64,000 bases of DNA from Polyangiaceae bacterium (GTDB taxonomy: Bacteria; Myxococcota_A; Polyangia; Polyangiales; Polyangiaceae), in contig JBILLK010000029.1 of NCBI GenBank assembly GCA_044376115.1, forward strand, positions 1 through 64,000, read 5' to 3'. Made by a program: the position numbers and the translations under genes. The notes under the pieces are model-generated. The model saw nothing but the letters and a program-made list of their open reading frames with translations. It ran no database searches and had not been told where the DNA came from. Numbering within the stretch: position 1 is the first letter of the stretch; the number at the start of each line of letters is the position of its first letter. This document shows, one piece after another, positions 18,871 through 29,073 of this stretch.

Positions 18871-19401
18871 ATGAGGCTCGGCGAATTCCGGTGGTTGGTG
18901 CTTCCTCTGTTGCTCGCCGCTTGTGCTGACAGCGGCTCCGGCGGAAGCGGAGGTTCGGGGTCGGGCGCCGCTGGCGAAGGCGGTTCAGGGTGTGAGAACG
19001 CTGCTCCGACCACCGAGGCAAAAGCGACGTCCGAACCGTTCACCGAAGAGCCCACCTGCGACCCCATCGGAGTGTGGCAGCTAGCCTTCGAGCCGTCGTG
19101 GTCCGGTCAACCGACGACGATAGAGATTGGGTTCGACGCGAACAGCGCGCTCGTCGTTCGCAGCGATTACATCAATGACGCGAGCATCAGCGCGAACGGC
19201 TGCGACCTGACATTGAGCTGGAAACGCGAAGACTGGGGCCTCGAGGGCGGCGAGTGTTTCGGTTGCATCCGCGATACCGAGGCAACGCTCGTCCTTGAAC
19301 CAACCTCCGACCAGGCCACCGGAAGCTACCAACACAGTGAAGCCGGGGACTGCGGCAAGGAAGAGAGCGGCACCGTCACTGCCACGCGCACGCCGCGGTG
19401 A
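18871..19401 (+). CDS. Hypothetical lipoprotein
   Basis: Lipobox LAAC, Gly/Ser linker, several Cys. Confidence 0.8.
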   Translation: MRLGEFRWLVLPLLLAACADSGSGGSGGSGSGAAGEGGSGCENAAPTTEAKATSEPFTEEPTCDPIGVWQLAFEPSWSGQPTTIEIGFDANSALVVRSDYINDASISANGCDLTLSWKREDWGLEGGECFGCIRDTEATLVLEPTSDQATGSYQHSEAGDCGKEESGTVTATRTPR

Positions 19402-19455
19402 GAGTTCCGCTCGCAGTCACCGGCGGCGCTGGCGTAGAGCTCAACAACACCCGAC

Positions 19456-19974
19456 TCAACCGCCCACGACAAAGACGAACACCGGGTTTGCTCCTCCCCC
19501 GGCCGGCGGCTCGAAGCTGAGCGACATCGCCTCCCTCACCAAGCATTCCCCGACGCGGTTCGCCGCTTCATCGCCTGCGTAGTCGACAGCGCCCACTTCG
19601 CCGTTCGGCAACACCTTCAGTTTCAACATCAGCGTGCTTCGCGTAAGAAGCGGCTCGCGCAACGCACAGCGTTCCGCCGCCAAGCGGAGCGCCGGCACCA
19701 CGCGGCGAGTACCGCTCGAAGGCTCCGCCGCGCCGAAGACGATGGCCGGGCAAATGCCGCTCCCGCAACGACTCGGATCCTCGATCACCCCGACGCTGGG
19801 AGCGAGCATCGGAAACACCGCGATCGCGACCCGCGGAACCGCAGGCACACTCGCGGCAACGCTCCCGGCTGAGATTGCCGGCGCAGCAGGAAGCGCCACC
19901 ATCACCGGCGCTTCACGCGCGCTGCAGGCCGCGCCCAGGAGCGCGATAACACTCACGGAGATCCAGTAGCTCAA
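19456..19974 (-). CDS. Lipoprotein with an AgmX/PglI C-terminal (TonB-C-like) domain
   Basis: Lipobox GAAC; LKV.PNGEV...VGECL....LSFEPP.GG pattern. Confidence 0.6.
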   Translation of the reverse strand: MSYWISVSVIALLGAACSAREAPVMVALPAAPAISAGSVAASVPAVPRVAIAVFPMLAPSVGVIEDPSRCGSGICPAIVFGAAEPSSGTRRVVPALRLAAERCALREPLLTRSTLMLKLKVLPNGEVGAVDYAGDEAANRVGECLVREAMSLSFEPPAGGGANPVFVFVVGG

Positions 19975-21497
19975 GGTTTCGCTCCCTTCGCGCCAGCCGG
20001 CGCAAGAGCGGCAAGCTGGGACAACAAGGCCTCGACGTCCTCGCGCAGCGTCTGCGCGCTCGCTCGCTCACCCTCGTCAGGCGACCCCAACAGCAGCGCC
20101 CCTGCGACGCGCGCACCATGCTCAAGTTCGTCACGCATTCGTTCGCGCATCGCCTGATCTACCGATCGCCCAGTAGGCCTCTCGACCACCGCGCGCACCC
20201 AGCCGAGGTGCTGCTTCGTCAACTTGACGATCGCGCGGCGCAGCTCATCCTCCTGGCTTGGAAAACGGGAGGTCCACTCGCCATCCCCAAGCAACCGCAG
20301 CAGACCCAGCTCCGCTTCACGACGGCGAACCATGAGCGCGTCCATCACCTTGAGGTCTGGCTTCATCATCGTCATCTTGTCGAGGTATTCGACCAAGCGA
20401 AGCTGAACCGTCGCCACCTCCGCAGCCTGCGGCCAGCGCGCGACTGCCTGCTGCAACACGTTGGTCGCGAGCTCGGGCAAGCCGAGCAAAACCGCTGCTT
20501 CAGCGAAGGCGACGTACACGGCGATACCCCACGTGCGGTCACGCGGAACCACCGTCTCGTCGGCCAAACGTACTGCTGCCTGCTCCACGAGCTTCGACAG
20601 CTGCAAGCGATCCTCGAGCTCCCAAAGCGAAACCTCATCATCGCGTCTGCCCTCATCGAGCAGCGACCGCACGAAGCCGCGAGCGAGGGAGGTGCGCAGT
20701 GCCGCAGTCGGCTCACCCTCCCCGCGCCGAGCGAGAGCGTCGAGCGCCACCACCAACTCGCCCCGCGCAGCCGCCTCATCGCCCTGCTCGAGAAGCGCCA
20801 ACGCGAGCGAGACGCGGACCACGTCCGCGAGGGGACCAGGATGGGACTGGGCATGACGATACGCAGCGGTCGCCGGGCCCAATGTACGCACGTCGAGTTC
20901 GCTATCGAGCTCGGCCTCGTGATTACCGATGCGCCACCAAACCTCCTCCACCGCAGCCTGTGCGAGCGCTGAGTCAGCCGCACATGTAGCCGGATACTCA
21001 ACCGTCGTGGCGGCCACTTGGCTTTGCGGCGGAGCGTCCGATTCAACGACAACAGTGGGCATAGTGAAATGATTTGCGCAGACCAACGCCCGCCAAACGT
21101 CAGTCGCCTCAGTCGCGCGCCCTTCGAGTGAAAGGCCGTACGCGAATTGGTTGCGTGCATCCACGGCCGCTACGTGATCGGGGTACTCGACGAACAGGCG
21201 CTGCCAGAGCGTCAGCGCTTGCTTTCGCTGCGCGCGCTGACGCTTGCCATCGCTGCGTGCCGCCGACCCGGCACACACCGCCGCGAGGCGCATGAGCTCC
21301 TCCGGCGCAACGCCTTCAGCGACGGGTTCATCTGGGCACGTGCGCGGCCGAGGAGGCACCAAAGAAGCTTGATTGGCCCCCTTGAGCGGAGCCCGCTCAG
21401 GCGTCGCGACCGCAGCGCAACCAGCCAAGCTCGCTACAACCGCCGCCTGTAGGATCAGCCGCAACCAGACAAATCGGCGAGAAGCGGATCGACCCAT
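19971..21497 (-). CDS. TPR-like helical lipoprotein
   Basis: Lipobox LAGC; EYPDH, WWRIG and AYRHA TPR-like segments. Confidence 0.7.
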   Translation of the reverse strand: MGRSASRRFVWLRLILQAAVVASLAGCAAVATPERAPLKGANQASLVPPRPRTCPDEPVAEGVAPEELMRLAAVCAGSAARSDGKRQRAQRKQALTLWQRLFVEYPDHVAAVDARNQFAYGLSLEGRATEATDVWRALVCANHFTMPTVVVESDAPPQSQVAATTVEYPATCAADSALAQAAVEEVWWRIGNHEAELDSELDVRTLGPATAAYRHAQSHPGPLADVVRVSLALALLEQGDEAAARGELVVALDALARRGEGEPTAALRTSLARGFVRSLLDEGRRDDEVSLWELEDRLQLSKLVEQAAVRLADETVVPRDRTWGIAVYVAFAEAAVLLGLPELATNVLQQAVARWPQAAEVATVQLRLVEYLDKMTMMKPDLKVMDALMVRRREAELGLLRLLGDGEWTSRFPSQEDELRRAIVKLTKQHLGWVRAVVERPTGRSVDQAMRERMRDELEHGARVAGALLLGSPDEGERASAQTLREDVEALLSQLAALAPAGAKGAKP

Positions 21498-21547
21498 CGA
21501 ACAGCACCATACTCGCTCGCTGGCCGCCGAACGTCACCATCATCGAC

Positions 21548-22159
21548 TTAGCGGATGGTGAAGCTCACGCTATTCGAGGTCACCGAGCAAGCGTCGGTGA
21601 GTTGTAACAGCGCCTCTACCTCGGCATTGCCGCTGGCAGGAACGTATTTATCCGGACTGTGCTCGTAGCGCAGTTGTATATCGTAGCGACCAGGCACCAG
21701 ATCCAGCCCGCCGAGCCAGTCTTCGATCACGCGCTTCGCCTTCGGCTCGAGAGTGAAGAAATCAGCCGGTTTAGCGTCATTTTGATAGGCGCAACTAGGG
21801 CCGCCTCGCTCATGAACGGGCACGCCGTCTTGGCTGTAGAACCAGGTCAACTTCGGAGTTCGCGGCAGCCCATGAACGCTCCCGTCGCCCGGCAACATCA
21901 GCCTGAGCGGCCTTTGTCCTTCGTTGATCAGGATCAGCTTCGCGAGGTTGAATTGACCCTTGCGCCGGATCTCGAGCTCGGCGCGGAGGCTACAGTCCGT
22001 GATCGCTTTGGCCGGCGGAGCCGACGAAGCAGACGCAGACGCAGCGGGTTGCGGAAGCAGGAGCGCGGCGCTCTCGGCTGCAACAACAGCGTCGGTAGCC
22101 TCCACTTCCTTGGTCCTACAACCAAGCAACAGCGTCATTGCAAGGACGGCGCGAAGCAT
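21548..22159 (-). CDS. Hypothetical lipoprotein
   Basis: Lipobox LLGC; PGDGS...PGRY...SN. Confidence 0.75.
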   Translation of the reverse strand: MLRAVLAMTLLLGCRTKEVEATDAVVAAESAALLLPQPAASASASSAPPAKAITDCSLRAELEIRRKGQFNLAKLILINEGQRPLRLMLPGDGSVHGLPRTPKLTWFYSQDGVPVHERGGPSCAYQNDAKPADFFTLEPKAKRVIEDWLGGLDLVPGRYDIQLRYEHSPDKYVPASGNAEVEALLQLTDACSVTSNSVSFTIR

Positions 22160-22214
22160 GTGGACCTACGCTCGCCACTGGCCAGTCATTCCGCCGAACG
22201 CGGCCTTCTGGAGT

Positions 22215-22949
22215 TCAGCCACCGTCGAACTCAATGGTGTCCACGAGCTCGCGCAGGGCCTCGTGATCGAGGATACGGAGGCAGCTGGGGACGGCGTTGG
22301 GCTGAGCCGGCACACCGAACACCAAGAGCATCCCGGTGTCTGCGCCGGGAGCCTGGGGGACCCGCACGAGACAATAGTCGGTCGCGGCGTTCTCCCTCCC
22401 CGTGCGGATCGCCTGCGCCGACATAAACCGCTTTGCAACGGCGACGCTCTCGACTGGCCCAAGTGCGACGACTTCAGGCTCCGTGGTTGCCTCGAGCGCG
22501 CCGCGCAACAACGTCGCTGCGCTTTCAGGTTCCTCACTCGAGGCCCCGCGCCGCAACGCCACGGCACGAAAGGAGAGCGGGCCGCCGGGAGGACCACTCG
22601 CCGAGGCGTAAATCTCTCCGCGCTGGGGCAAGACCGTGAAGCCTCCCCGCGTCAACTTGGCCCGCAATCCAAGCATCGGCAGACCTTGGCGTGCCGCAAC
22701 CTCCGACGCGATCCAGATGCCCTGCCAGTCGCTCGGGGGGTCGGCCTGGAAGGTGTCGGGATGGAACTGCGCGATGCTGAGACACGGCTGCGGCGGGCCG
22801 GCACAAGCGGCTGAGAAAGGCAGCGCGAGCCCGCCGAGGGCCGCGGCGACGAGACTTGCGCGGCGCGCGAGGATCCGGTCTGCATCCGCGCCTTCGGGCT
22901 CGACGCGCAGAGGAGGGCGTTTCGCTGCATCATCGTTCGGCTTGCGCAT
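22215..22949 (-). CDS. Hypothetical exported protein
   Basis: ILARRASLVAAAL...AAC leader followed by PQPCLS. Confidence 0.65.
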   Translation of the reverse strand: MRKPNDDAAKRPPLRVEPEGADADRILARRASLVAAALGGLALPFSAACAGPPQPCLSIAQFHPDTFQADPPSDWQGIWIASEVAARQGLPMLGLRAKLTRGGFTVLPQRGEIYASASGPPGGPLSFRAVALRRGASSEEPESAATLLRGALEATTEPEVVALGPVESVAVAKRFMSAQAIRTGRENAATDYCLVRVPQAPGADTGMLLVFGVPAQPNAVPSCLRILDHEALRELVDTIEFDGG

Positions 22950-23003
22950 CGCCCATGATGCAACACCGCGGGCGCGCCGAGCACAAGGGTGCAACGCAGC
23001 CGG

Positions 23004-24209
23004 TCAGCGACAGACCAGCCGCGCGAGCCTCACGCCCTTATCTGCGGGCCAGGTTTCGTAGGCCACGAGCATGCTCCGGCCGTCAGGCCCGAGCAGTACC
23101 TCCACGGCCTCACGTTGACGCCGCGAGGGCAGCGGCGGGCTTACGATGCCAGCGCCGTCATCGGCGCGCGCAAACACCTCGAGCGCGGCCTCTTCTTCCC
23201 CTTCCGCAGCGAGTTGACGAACGATCGCGTGCTCGTCCTTCCACGGCACGATCCGTATCTCTCGGTAGCCCTCAGCGACCGGCAGCTCGAGCGCGATTTC
23301 CCCCGCTACGCCCTCATCCGAAATCGCGACGACCTGATCCTCCCAATCGATGGCGACACTTCCACTCGCCGTTCGGCCGAAGGCGTGAAATGCGGAAAGA
23401 TCAGCCTCCAAGAGCCCCTCATCAACGACCAGCCAATTTCGCGGGTACTCGCGAAAAGAAGCGTCGTAGTCCTCGGATTCTAGGAGCTGGAGATAGGCGC
23501 CCCGCCCCACGTTCCACACGCTCGAGTCCACGTAGGCTTGCTCGAATAGCTGCCCGTCGCGCTCGAACAGCTTCTCGTTTGTCTCGGCGTCAGAGAAGAC
23601 GAGACGCTGCTGCCAAGGGTAGCCGTAACCTCCCTCTTTGAGCGTCTCGAGCCGGGCGAGCACGGCACGCCCCGACGCAAATGAAAGCACGCTGAAGGTC
23701 GCTTCAAGGGGCTGCTCAACGGTGGCTCCGCCATCCCCAGCAGGGAGCTCCACGCGATGAGTCACGCTCTCGTCAAGGTGTACATAGTCATGCAAGACCG
23801 TGAAGACGAAGGCGGAGCCATCTGCACGCGGTACCACCTTGAGCGTGCCCGAGGTGATCGAACCGCGGTCTCGGCGCGCTGCGATCGTGAAGCCCCCGCC
23901 CCACGGGTCCGCAACCTGCGTAGAGACGATCGTCGAGCTACCGTCGGGATGCAGCTCCAGCGACACGAGTCGAACCCCATCCGCTCCTTCGACGAAGGCG
24001 CGATTACTTTGCACGCCGTAGAGCGGGTCGAGCGCTAGCGGCTCATCCCGATCCCACACGAGCTCGCTGCAACTGGTTGGCGCGCCCGCGCCAGAGCTCG
24101 ACGACGACGATGATGCGGGACCGTCGCTCGGATCTTCATAGACGGTGATGTGACGGCAGCCCGCCACCGCGAATGCGGCCACAACGCCGAGACACGGAAA
24201 GCGTCTCAT
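23004..24209 (-). CDS. Hypothetical lipoprotein, paralog of 24206-25384
   Basis: Lipobox VAGC, Ser linker, SC...WD start, RLARL.C end. Confidence 0.75.
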   Translation of the reverse strand: MRRFPCLGVVAAFAVAGCRHITVYEDPSDGPASSSSSSSGAGAPTSCSELVWDRDEPLALDPLYGVQSNRAFVEGADGVRLVSLELHPDGSSTIVSTQVADPWGGGFTIAARRDRGSITSGTLKVVPRADGSAFVFTVLHDYVHLDESVTHRVELPAGDGGATVEQPLEATFSVLSFASGRAVLARLETLKEGGYGYPWQQRLVFSDAETNEKLFERDGQLFEQAYVDSSVWNVGRGAYLQLLESEDYDASFREYPRNWLVVDEGLLEADLSAFHAFGRTASGSVAIDWEDQVVAISDEGVAGEIALELPVAEGYREIRIVPWKDEHAIVRQLAAEGEEEAALEVFARADDGAGIVSPPLPSRRQREAVEVLLGPDGRSMLVAYETWPADKGVRLARLVCR

Positions 24210-25384
24210 CGTCCCACCGCCGTACAAGAGAGCCGCGCCAGCCGTGCGTCGTAGCCGTCAAAGTAGGCGACGATGAGGCCACCCGAGACTTCATCGACGG
24301 CCGCGGTGAACGCCGCGTCCCACGACAGGACAGAGGAATCGAGGTACTCACTCTCGACGCGTGTGCCATACCCCGGGAACGCGCGAACCTTGATGCCGCG
24401 TTGATCGCTGGCGTACTCATCCAAGGTCACTACCGCGAAGCCCGCGAGCCAGGGAAGAAGCTCTACGCTACGAGCCGGCACGAGGTTGCCATCCCAAGGG
24501 TTCGCCGCCACCACTTCACCGAGCGCGCCTTGCGCGCCAACCTCCATGATGTGGCCGAGAAAGCCCACCCCAAGCGCGCGATCTCCGGCGCCGCGGCCAA
24601 ACCAGGAGACCGTGGTCAAGTCCACCTCCTGCACTCCGGCGGGGCCAACGTAAACGGTCCGCAACTCTTCATCGTCACCATTCGAGCAGTACCCACCTAG
24701 CCGAACCAGCACGCCATCGCCCACGACCGAATCGACCCGAACCGAGCAGCTCTCACCGAGCTTGTGCACCGCTCCATCCGGCGCTTCCACGGCCACAAAG
24801 TCGTCGTACCAACGAGCCACGTAGCGCCCCCCCGCCTTGTCCCAGGCCACGCGCGGGTAACCCTCAGGCTCGAGCGGCTCGACGACGGCTGGGCCTTCAC
24901 CGCTTGGTAGCCGCCACAATTGATCGTTATGCGCGATCTCGAAGCCACCCTCGGGTAGCACAGTCCAGCGCGTGTACGCGTCAAAGTACTGAAGCGTCCC
25001 ACGCACGACCGAGGCCGAGACGATGGGCTCCGCGCCGTCCACCACGACACGCGTGGTGAGAATTTCGTGCTTGTACTGGTCAATCGTCAACAGCTGAAAC
25101 GCGCCCTGCTCCCGTCCGAGGGCGAGAATATGAAGCCAGGTGCCCTCGGCCGCGATCGGGATCGGTACGTCCCAATCCCAGGTCATTTCGCAGCTAGGCG
25201 CTGCCCCCGCCGCGCCTGTTCCCGTCGAACTCGAGGCGCTGTCGGGGGCGCTTGCGCCGGCGCCGGCCGCGCCAACGCCGCTAGCGCCCTGACCGTCATC
25301 ATCCTCACGCGGGAGCACCGTTAGCGTGGTGCAACCAACCAGCAGCGAATAGCTAATTAGTACCAACTCTCGGACCTGGACCAT
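24206..25384 (-). CDS. Hypothetical lipoprotein, paralog of 23004-24209
   Basis: Lipobox LVGC, SCEMTWD start, RLARLSC end; 4-nt overlap with the paralog. Confidence 0.75.
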   Translation of the reverse strand: MVQVRELVLISYSLLVGCTTLTVLPREDDDGQGASGVGAAGAGASAPDSASSSTGTGAAGAAPSCEMTWDWDVPIPIAAEGTWLHILALGREQGAFQLLTIDQYKHEILTTRVVVDGAEPIVSASVVRGTLQYFDAYTRWTVLPEGGFEIAHNDQLWRLPSGEGPAVVEPLEPEGYPRVAWDKAGGRYVARWYDDFVAVEAPDGAVHKLGESCSVRVDSVVGDGVLVRLGGYCSNGDDEELRTVYVGPAGVQEVDLTTVSWFGRGAGDRALGVGFLGHIMEVGAQGALGEVVAANPWDGNLVPARSVELLPWLAGFAVVTLDEYASDQRGIKVRAFPGYGTRVESEYLDSSVLSWDAAFTAAVDEVSGGLIVAYFDGYDARLARLSCTAVGR

Positions 25385-25603
25385 AGCGACGCTCTAGCAA
25401 CTAGCGACCTGCGCTCAAAGCGAATACACAGCAAAAAACAAGCACCCATACGCTAATGTTCAAACGCTAAACATCAAGCGCACAACGCGCACAAGTCGCC
25501 GAGCTCAGCAGCCGAGCTCGCCTCGGGCTTGAACCTCGATCTCTAACGTTCCTTGTCCGTCGGCCGGCTGAACAGCTACCTTTCGCCGGTGAACCAGAAC
25601 CGC

Positions 25604-26842
25604 ATGCACCTGCTCGGTACCGTCGCGAACTTCGACCAACGTGCAGCGTCGCCGCTCGATGTCGCCCACCAAGGCACCGTGTTCGTTGCCATGGACGCTC
25701 GGCTCCATGCGCGCTTCACCGGCGGCACCCCTGTGGGCGAGTGGATCGTCTCAAGGCGCGTGAATGACGACTGGCCGCTCGATCCTTGGCCCAATACGGG
25801 CTGGCGATTCTCCGATGAGGCCAGCGCTCGCGCCGCCTACCAGACCATGCGGCAACACGTCCTTTCACGGCTCCACGGCGCCCAGCCGCATGACGACCGT
25901 TCCCCGGCACGCGGACTCGTGGACCCGAGCTCGGCTTGGGGGGAGGCCTTCTACGTTCAGGGCCAGGAAGCCCTGTACCTCTCATGCGATCGCGGCACCG
26001 AAGCCAAGGTCCTCACCAGCATCACCGACAGACTCGAGTCATTCGAGATCTCCGGCTCGAACGGTGGCGAGGGAGCGGTCTACTCCACGCAAACAGCGCC
26101 GCACCTCGTAGCAATCACGACCGGACAAGGCGGCCTTATCGAGCATTTGCTGGTCGCGTTTACACCGGCCAACGAGCTTCAGGCCGTGGCGGCTGGGCTT
26201 CCTGGAAGCGACCTCGACACCGAGCCGTTCGAGATCGACGTGCCGAGCGGCATCCTCGTGCTCGCGTGGGGGCGACTCGACGGGCGCGGCTGGACGGCGC
26301 AGGCGCCGGGCCAAGACCCAGCAGCGATCATCGCGCATCAGATCGGCAACACCGTTGCGCGCCCATTGCCGACGCCCTGGACGACGACGCCCGATGCACC
26401 GCACGCCTGGGGGCTGCGGGTAAGGCCGGGGCGCTACATCGTAGGACTCCGCTTCCTCGAGACCGCGCAGGGCATCAGCGGGATGGCGATGAGCTGCTCC
26501 GGCGCCACACCCTTGTGGCCCGACCTCGTCGGTGAAGGCGCGGCGGCCGCACCGCCGAACCTCGCAGCGGCAGCAGCCGCGAGCCACGCTGCCGCCGCAC
26601 AGATCGCAGCCGGCGCTGGTGGTGATGAGGACCCGCTGGTTTTTCCGGGGCAGCGGCTGGCGCGGCTCTCCGACTACGTGCGCCTGATGAAGGGCATGCA
26701 ACGTGGCGATATGAATGGCGCGCTTCAGGCCGCTGGGATGGACATGGCGTCCTACGGTGCAGCGGCCGGAGCATGGGGCATGCGTATGAGCCAAGACCCA
26801 GTGTTGATGAATAAGTTCGCCGCCATGATGGCCAAGCCGTAG
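25604..26842 (+). CDS. Hypothetical protein with a Met-rich C-terminal helical domain
   Basis: Long ORF; Ala linker then LSDYVRLMKGM...W..RM..DP.L..KF; start uncertain (25553-25604). Confidence 0.7.
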   Translation: MHLLGTVANFDQRAASPLDVAHQGTVFVAMDARLHARFTGGTPVGEWIVSRRVNDDWPLDPWPNTGWRFSDEASARAAYQTMRQHVLSRLHGAQPHDDRSPARGLVDPSSAWGEAFYVQGQEALYLSCDRGTEAKVLTSITDRLESFEISGSNGGEGAVYSTQTAPHLVAITTGQGGLIEHLLVAFTPANELQAVAAGLPGSDLDTEPFEIDVPSGILVLAWGRLDGRGWTAQAPGQDPAAIIAHQIGNTVARPLPTPWTTTPDAPHAWGLRVRPGRYIVGLRFLETAQGISGMAMSCSGATPLWPDLVGEGAAAAPPNLAAAAAASHAAAAQIAAGAGGDEDPLVFPGQRLARLSDYVRLMKGMQRGDMNGALQAAGMDMASYGAAAGAWGMRMSQDPVLMNKFAAMMAKP

Positions 26843-26847
26843 CTGGG

Positions 26848-28074
26848 TCAAAGCCCCGCCGAGCTAATCTTGGCAGCGACCTTCGTGAGCGTGCGCGGCA
26901 TTGGCCAGAGTGAGCCGAGCACGTCGCCCGCTCGGAACTCGATCTCTTCAAACGGCGTGAACACCTCGAACACCAGGGGAACCGCGCCGAACACATCGGT
27001 TCGAACGAGCCCTCTCATAGTCCGGCAAAACGCGTAGGTTCGCCCCTCCACCAAGGTCGAATAGCCCGGTAACGTCCGCAGCAGCGCTGGTGGTTTGACG
27101 AAGAAGTGCGGCTCGCCGGCGGGGTGCGGCGTAAAGAACTTCGAGAAATAGAGCCGAGCACCGGGGTGCTCATGCCCGAGCAATTGAAGCGCGGGCGAGA
27201 GCTCCGCCTCGACCTCGCGGGCAAACTCGGCACGCGCCCGGTCATCAGCCTCAACGTGTACCAGCGAGCCGTCATAACGCGCTCGAAAGTCGAAGGGCGC
27301 GCGCACCACGATCTCCTCCCCCTCCCGCTCGATCAGCCGCGGACCGAACTGCGCCACGCTAATGCTTGACCGCATCGACGGCTCGGCGACGTCGCCCTTG
27401 TCACGAAGGCGCTTGTACTTCTTCGTCACCTTTCCCTGCTTCTTTGCTTCGAAGTAAGCCTGATCGTAGAAGGCTGCGTGCGCTCGCAGTAGCTCCAGGC
27501 GTTCCTCCAACGTCGACTCAACTAGCTCGGGTGCTGAGCCAGGAGCGAGCATCAACGTCGCAACCACGCCATCGACACGCGCCTCGTGAAGCCCTTTGCG
27601 CAAGTCGAACTCGAGGAATATTGGCGTTGACCGCGCGTGCAGCTCGCACGCCTCGGTCCGATGCGGATGCACCCAAAGTGCCCGCGAGGCCCTAGCCGAA
27701 GGCGCGCGCAATACCACCCGAAGGCCGGGCGGACTCTGCACGAATAGACCAGTAAAAAGCCGAGCGCGGCCTCGCTTACTAACGAGCCCTTTGGCGGCGA
27801 CGGCCCCCTCCTCTGCCGTGAGCAGGCCTCGCGCGACCAGCGCTGGCGCCATGACTCGGCACTTCGCGATAAAGGCCGCGTCTACACCAAGGCCGGTGAG
27901 GCTTTTGCGCACGACGATGGGCCGCTTGAGACGAAGCTGCAGGCCCAGCGAGTGGCCCTCCAAAAGCGGCGCACAACCTTGGGCCGCGCGTTGCGGAACC
28001 GAGCCGCCAAGCAGTGGGTCCTCCGCCACGAGCTCGAAGACGCCAAGACCATCCTGCACGTCGAGCTCAATCAA
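26848..28074 (-). CDS. Hypothetical protein, DUF6065-like
   Basis: CAPLLEGHSLG and LLRTLPGYSTLVEG...GLVRTD recall DUF6065; TTG start overlaps the upstream stop. Confidence 0.55.
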   Translation of the reverse strand: MIELDVQDGLGVFELVAEDPLLGGSVPQRAAQGCAPLLEGHSLGLQLRLKRPIVVRKSLTGLGVDAAFIAKCRVMAPALVARGLLTAEEGAVAAKGLVSKRGRARLFTGLFVQSPPGLRVVLRAPSARASRALWVHPHRTEACELHARSTPIFLEFDLRKGLHEARVDGVVATLMLAPGSAPELVESTLEERLELLRAHAAFYDQAYFEAKKQGKVTKKYKRLRDKGDVAEPSMRSSISVAQFGPRLIEREGEEIVVRAPFDFRARYDGSLVHVEADDRARAEFAREVEAELSPALQLLGHEHPGARLYFSKFFTPHPAGEPHFFVKPPALLRTLPGYSTLVEGRTYAFCRTMRGLVRTDVFGAVPLVFEVFTPFEEIEFRAGDVLGSLWPMPRTLTKVAAKISSAGL

Positions 28075-29048
28075 CTACAGCCACCACCACCGCCACAACC
28101 GCCTCCACCGCCGCAGCCGCCCCCTCCACTGCAGCTGCTCCCGCTACTGCAACCGCCGGGGACCGAGGCCGAGGCCGAGCTGTAGGCTGTATCGAGCGGG
28201 CTAGCGAAGGCGTTGAACGCCGGTAGCATGAACAGGGTACCTAGGCCTCCAGCAGCCACCGCGAGCGAGACTTCCTCCGGTGTGGTACGTGCCCCAGCCC
28301 CTACGTCCCGTTGCAGCGAGGTCGTGGCCGCGTCCAGCCAAGCCAAGTACTGCTTCGCCACGCTCGTCGGCGGTAGCGCGGCGCGTGCCTGCGCGCGGCC
28401 ATAGAAGAACGCACAACCCATGGCAACCAGCAGCAGCCAGGGCATCCCTTGCGGTGGGCGTTCCCAGAGACGAAGCCCGCCGAGGCTCATCACACAAAGC
28501 AGCGTACCGCGGTTAACCCACCGCGCGATGCGCCGCGTATGTTCATCCCCGACGAGTCCGGCCAGATCGAGTTCCGCCGCCAGCTCTGGCTCAAACACGA
28601 CCGCTTGAAGCCGCGCACAATCAGCGAGCATGGATGGGGCCTGGGGACCTAAAGGGATGTTCGCCACGAACCTGCCAAGCATGGTTCCCATTGGCGGAGC
28701 GTGGGGTGCGCGCTGGTAGCTCCCATTCCAAAAATAGACCCAACCCCCGGAGACCGCGCCGCTGAGCAAAGTCTCGGCGACCCCGCGCTTGCCGGCCCGT
28801 AGGTACGCAATTGCAAGATGTTCATCGCCCCTGGGTAAGAAGCCGATCGTCAAACGTCGATGCGGAGCCACCTCCCCCACTCGATAGAAGCGCCTCGGAT
28901 CGGTCGGTAGCTCCACCCCTTGGCGCACCACCGGCGCGCGGCTGACGGCCCAGCGAATCACTAGCTTGCCGCTCCAGAATACGACAACGGCCATCGCTAT
29001 ATAGATGATTAGCCAATACTCACCTGCGGGCATGTTGAAGGGAAACAT
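28071..29048 (-). CDS. TIGR04222-type membrane protein with a Gly/Ser/Cys C-terminal tail
   Basis: MFPFNMPAGEYWLIIY, IAYLRAG, RL...P..LL; tail GGCSSGSSCSGGGGCGGGGGCGGGGGCS. Confidence 0.8.
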   Translation of the reverse strand: MFPFNMPAGEYWLIIYIAMAVVVFWSGKLVIRWAVSRAPVVRQGVELPTDPRRFYRVGEVAPHRRLTIGFLPRGDEHLAIAYLRAGKRGVAETLLSGAVSGGWVYFWNGSYQRAPHAPPMGTMLGRFVANIPLGPQAPSMLADCARLQAVVFEPELAAELDLAGLVGDEHTRRIARWVNRGTLLCVMSLGGLRLWERPPQGMPWLLLVAMGCAFFYGRAQARAALPPTSVAKQYLAWLDAATTSLQRDVGAGARTTPEEVSLAVAAGGLGTLFMLPAFNAFASPLDTAYSSASASVPGGCSSGSSCSGGGGCGGGGGCGGGGGCS

Positions 29049-29073
29049 CAGGCTGCCTCCAATCGATTGAACA

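Noticed and set aside
28071..28073. TGA after the Cys/Gly tail as selenocysteine
   Set aside because: The tail pattern does not continue, and the TGA overlaps the next gene's start.
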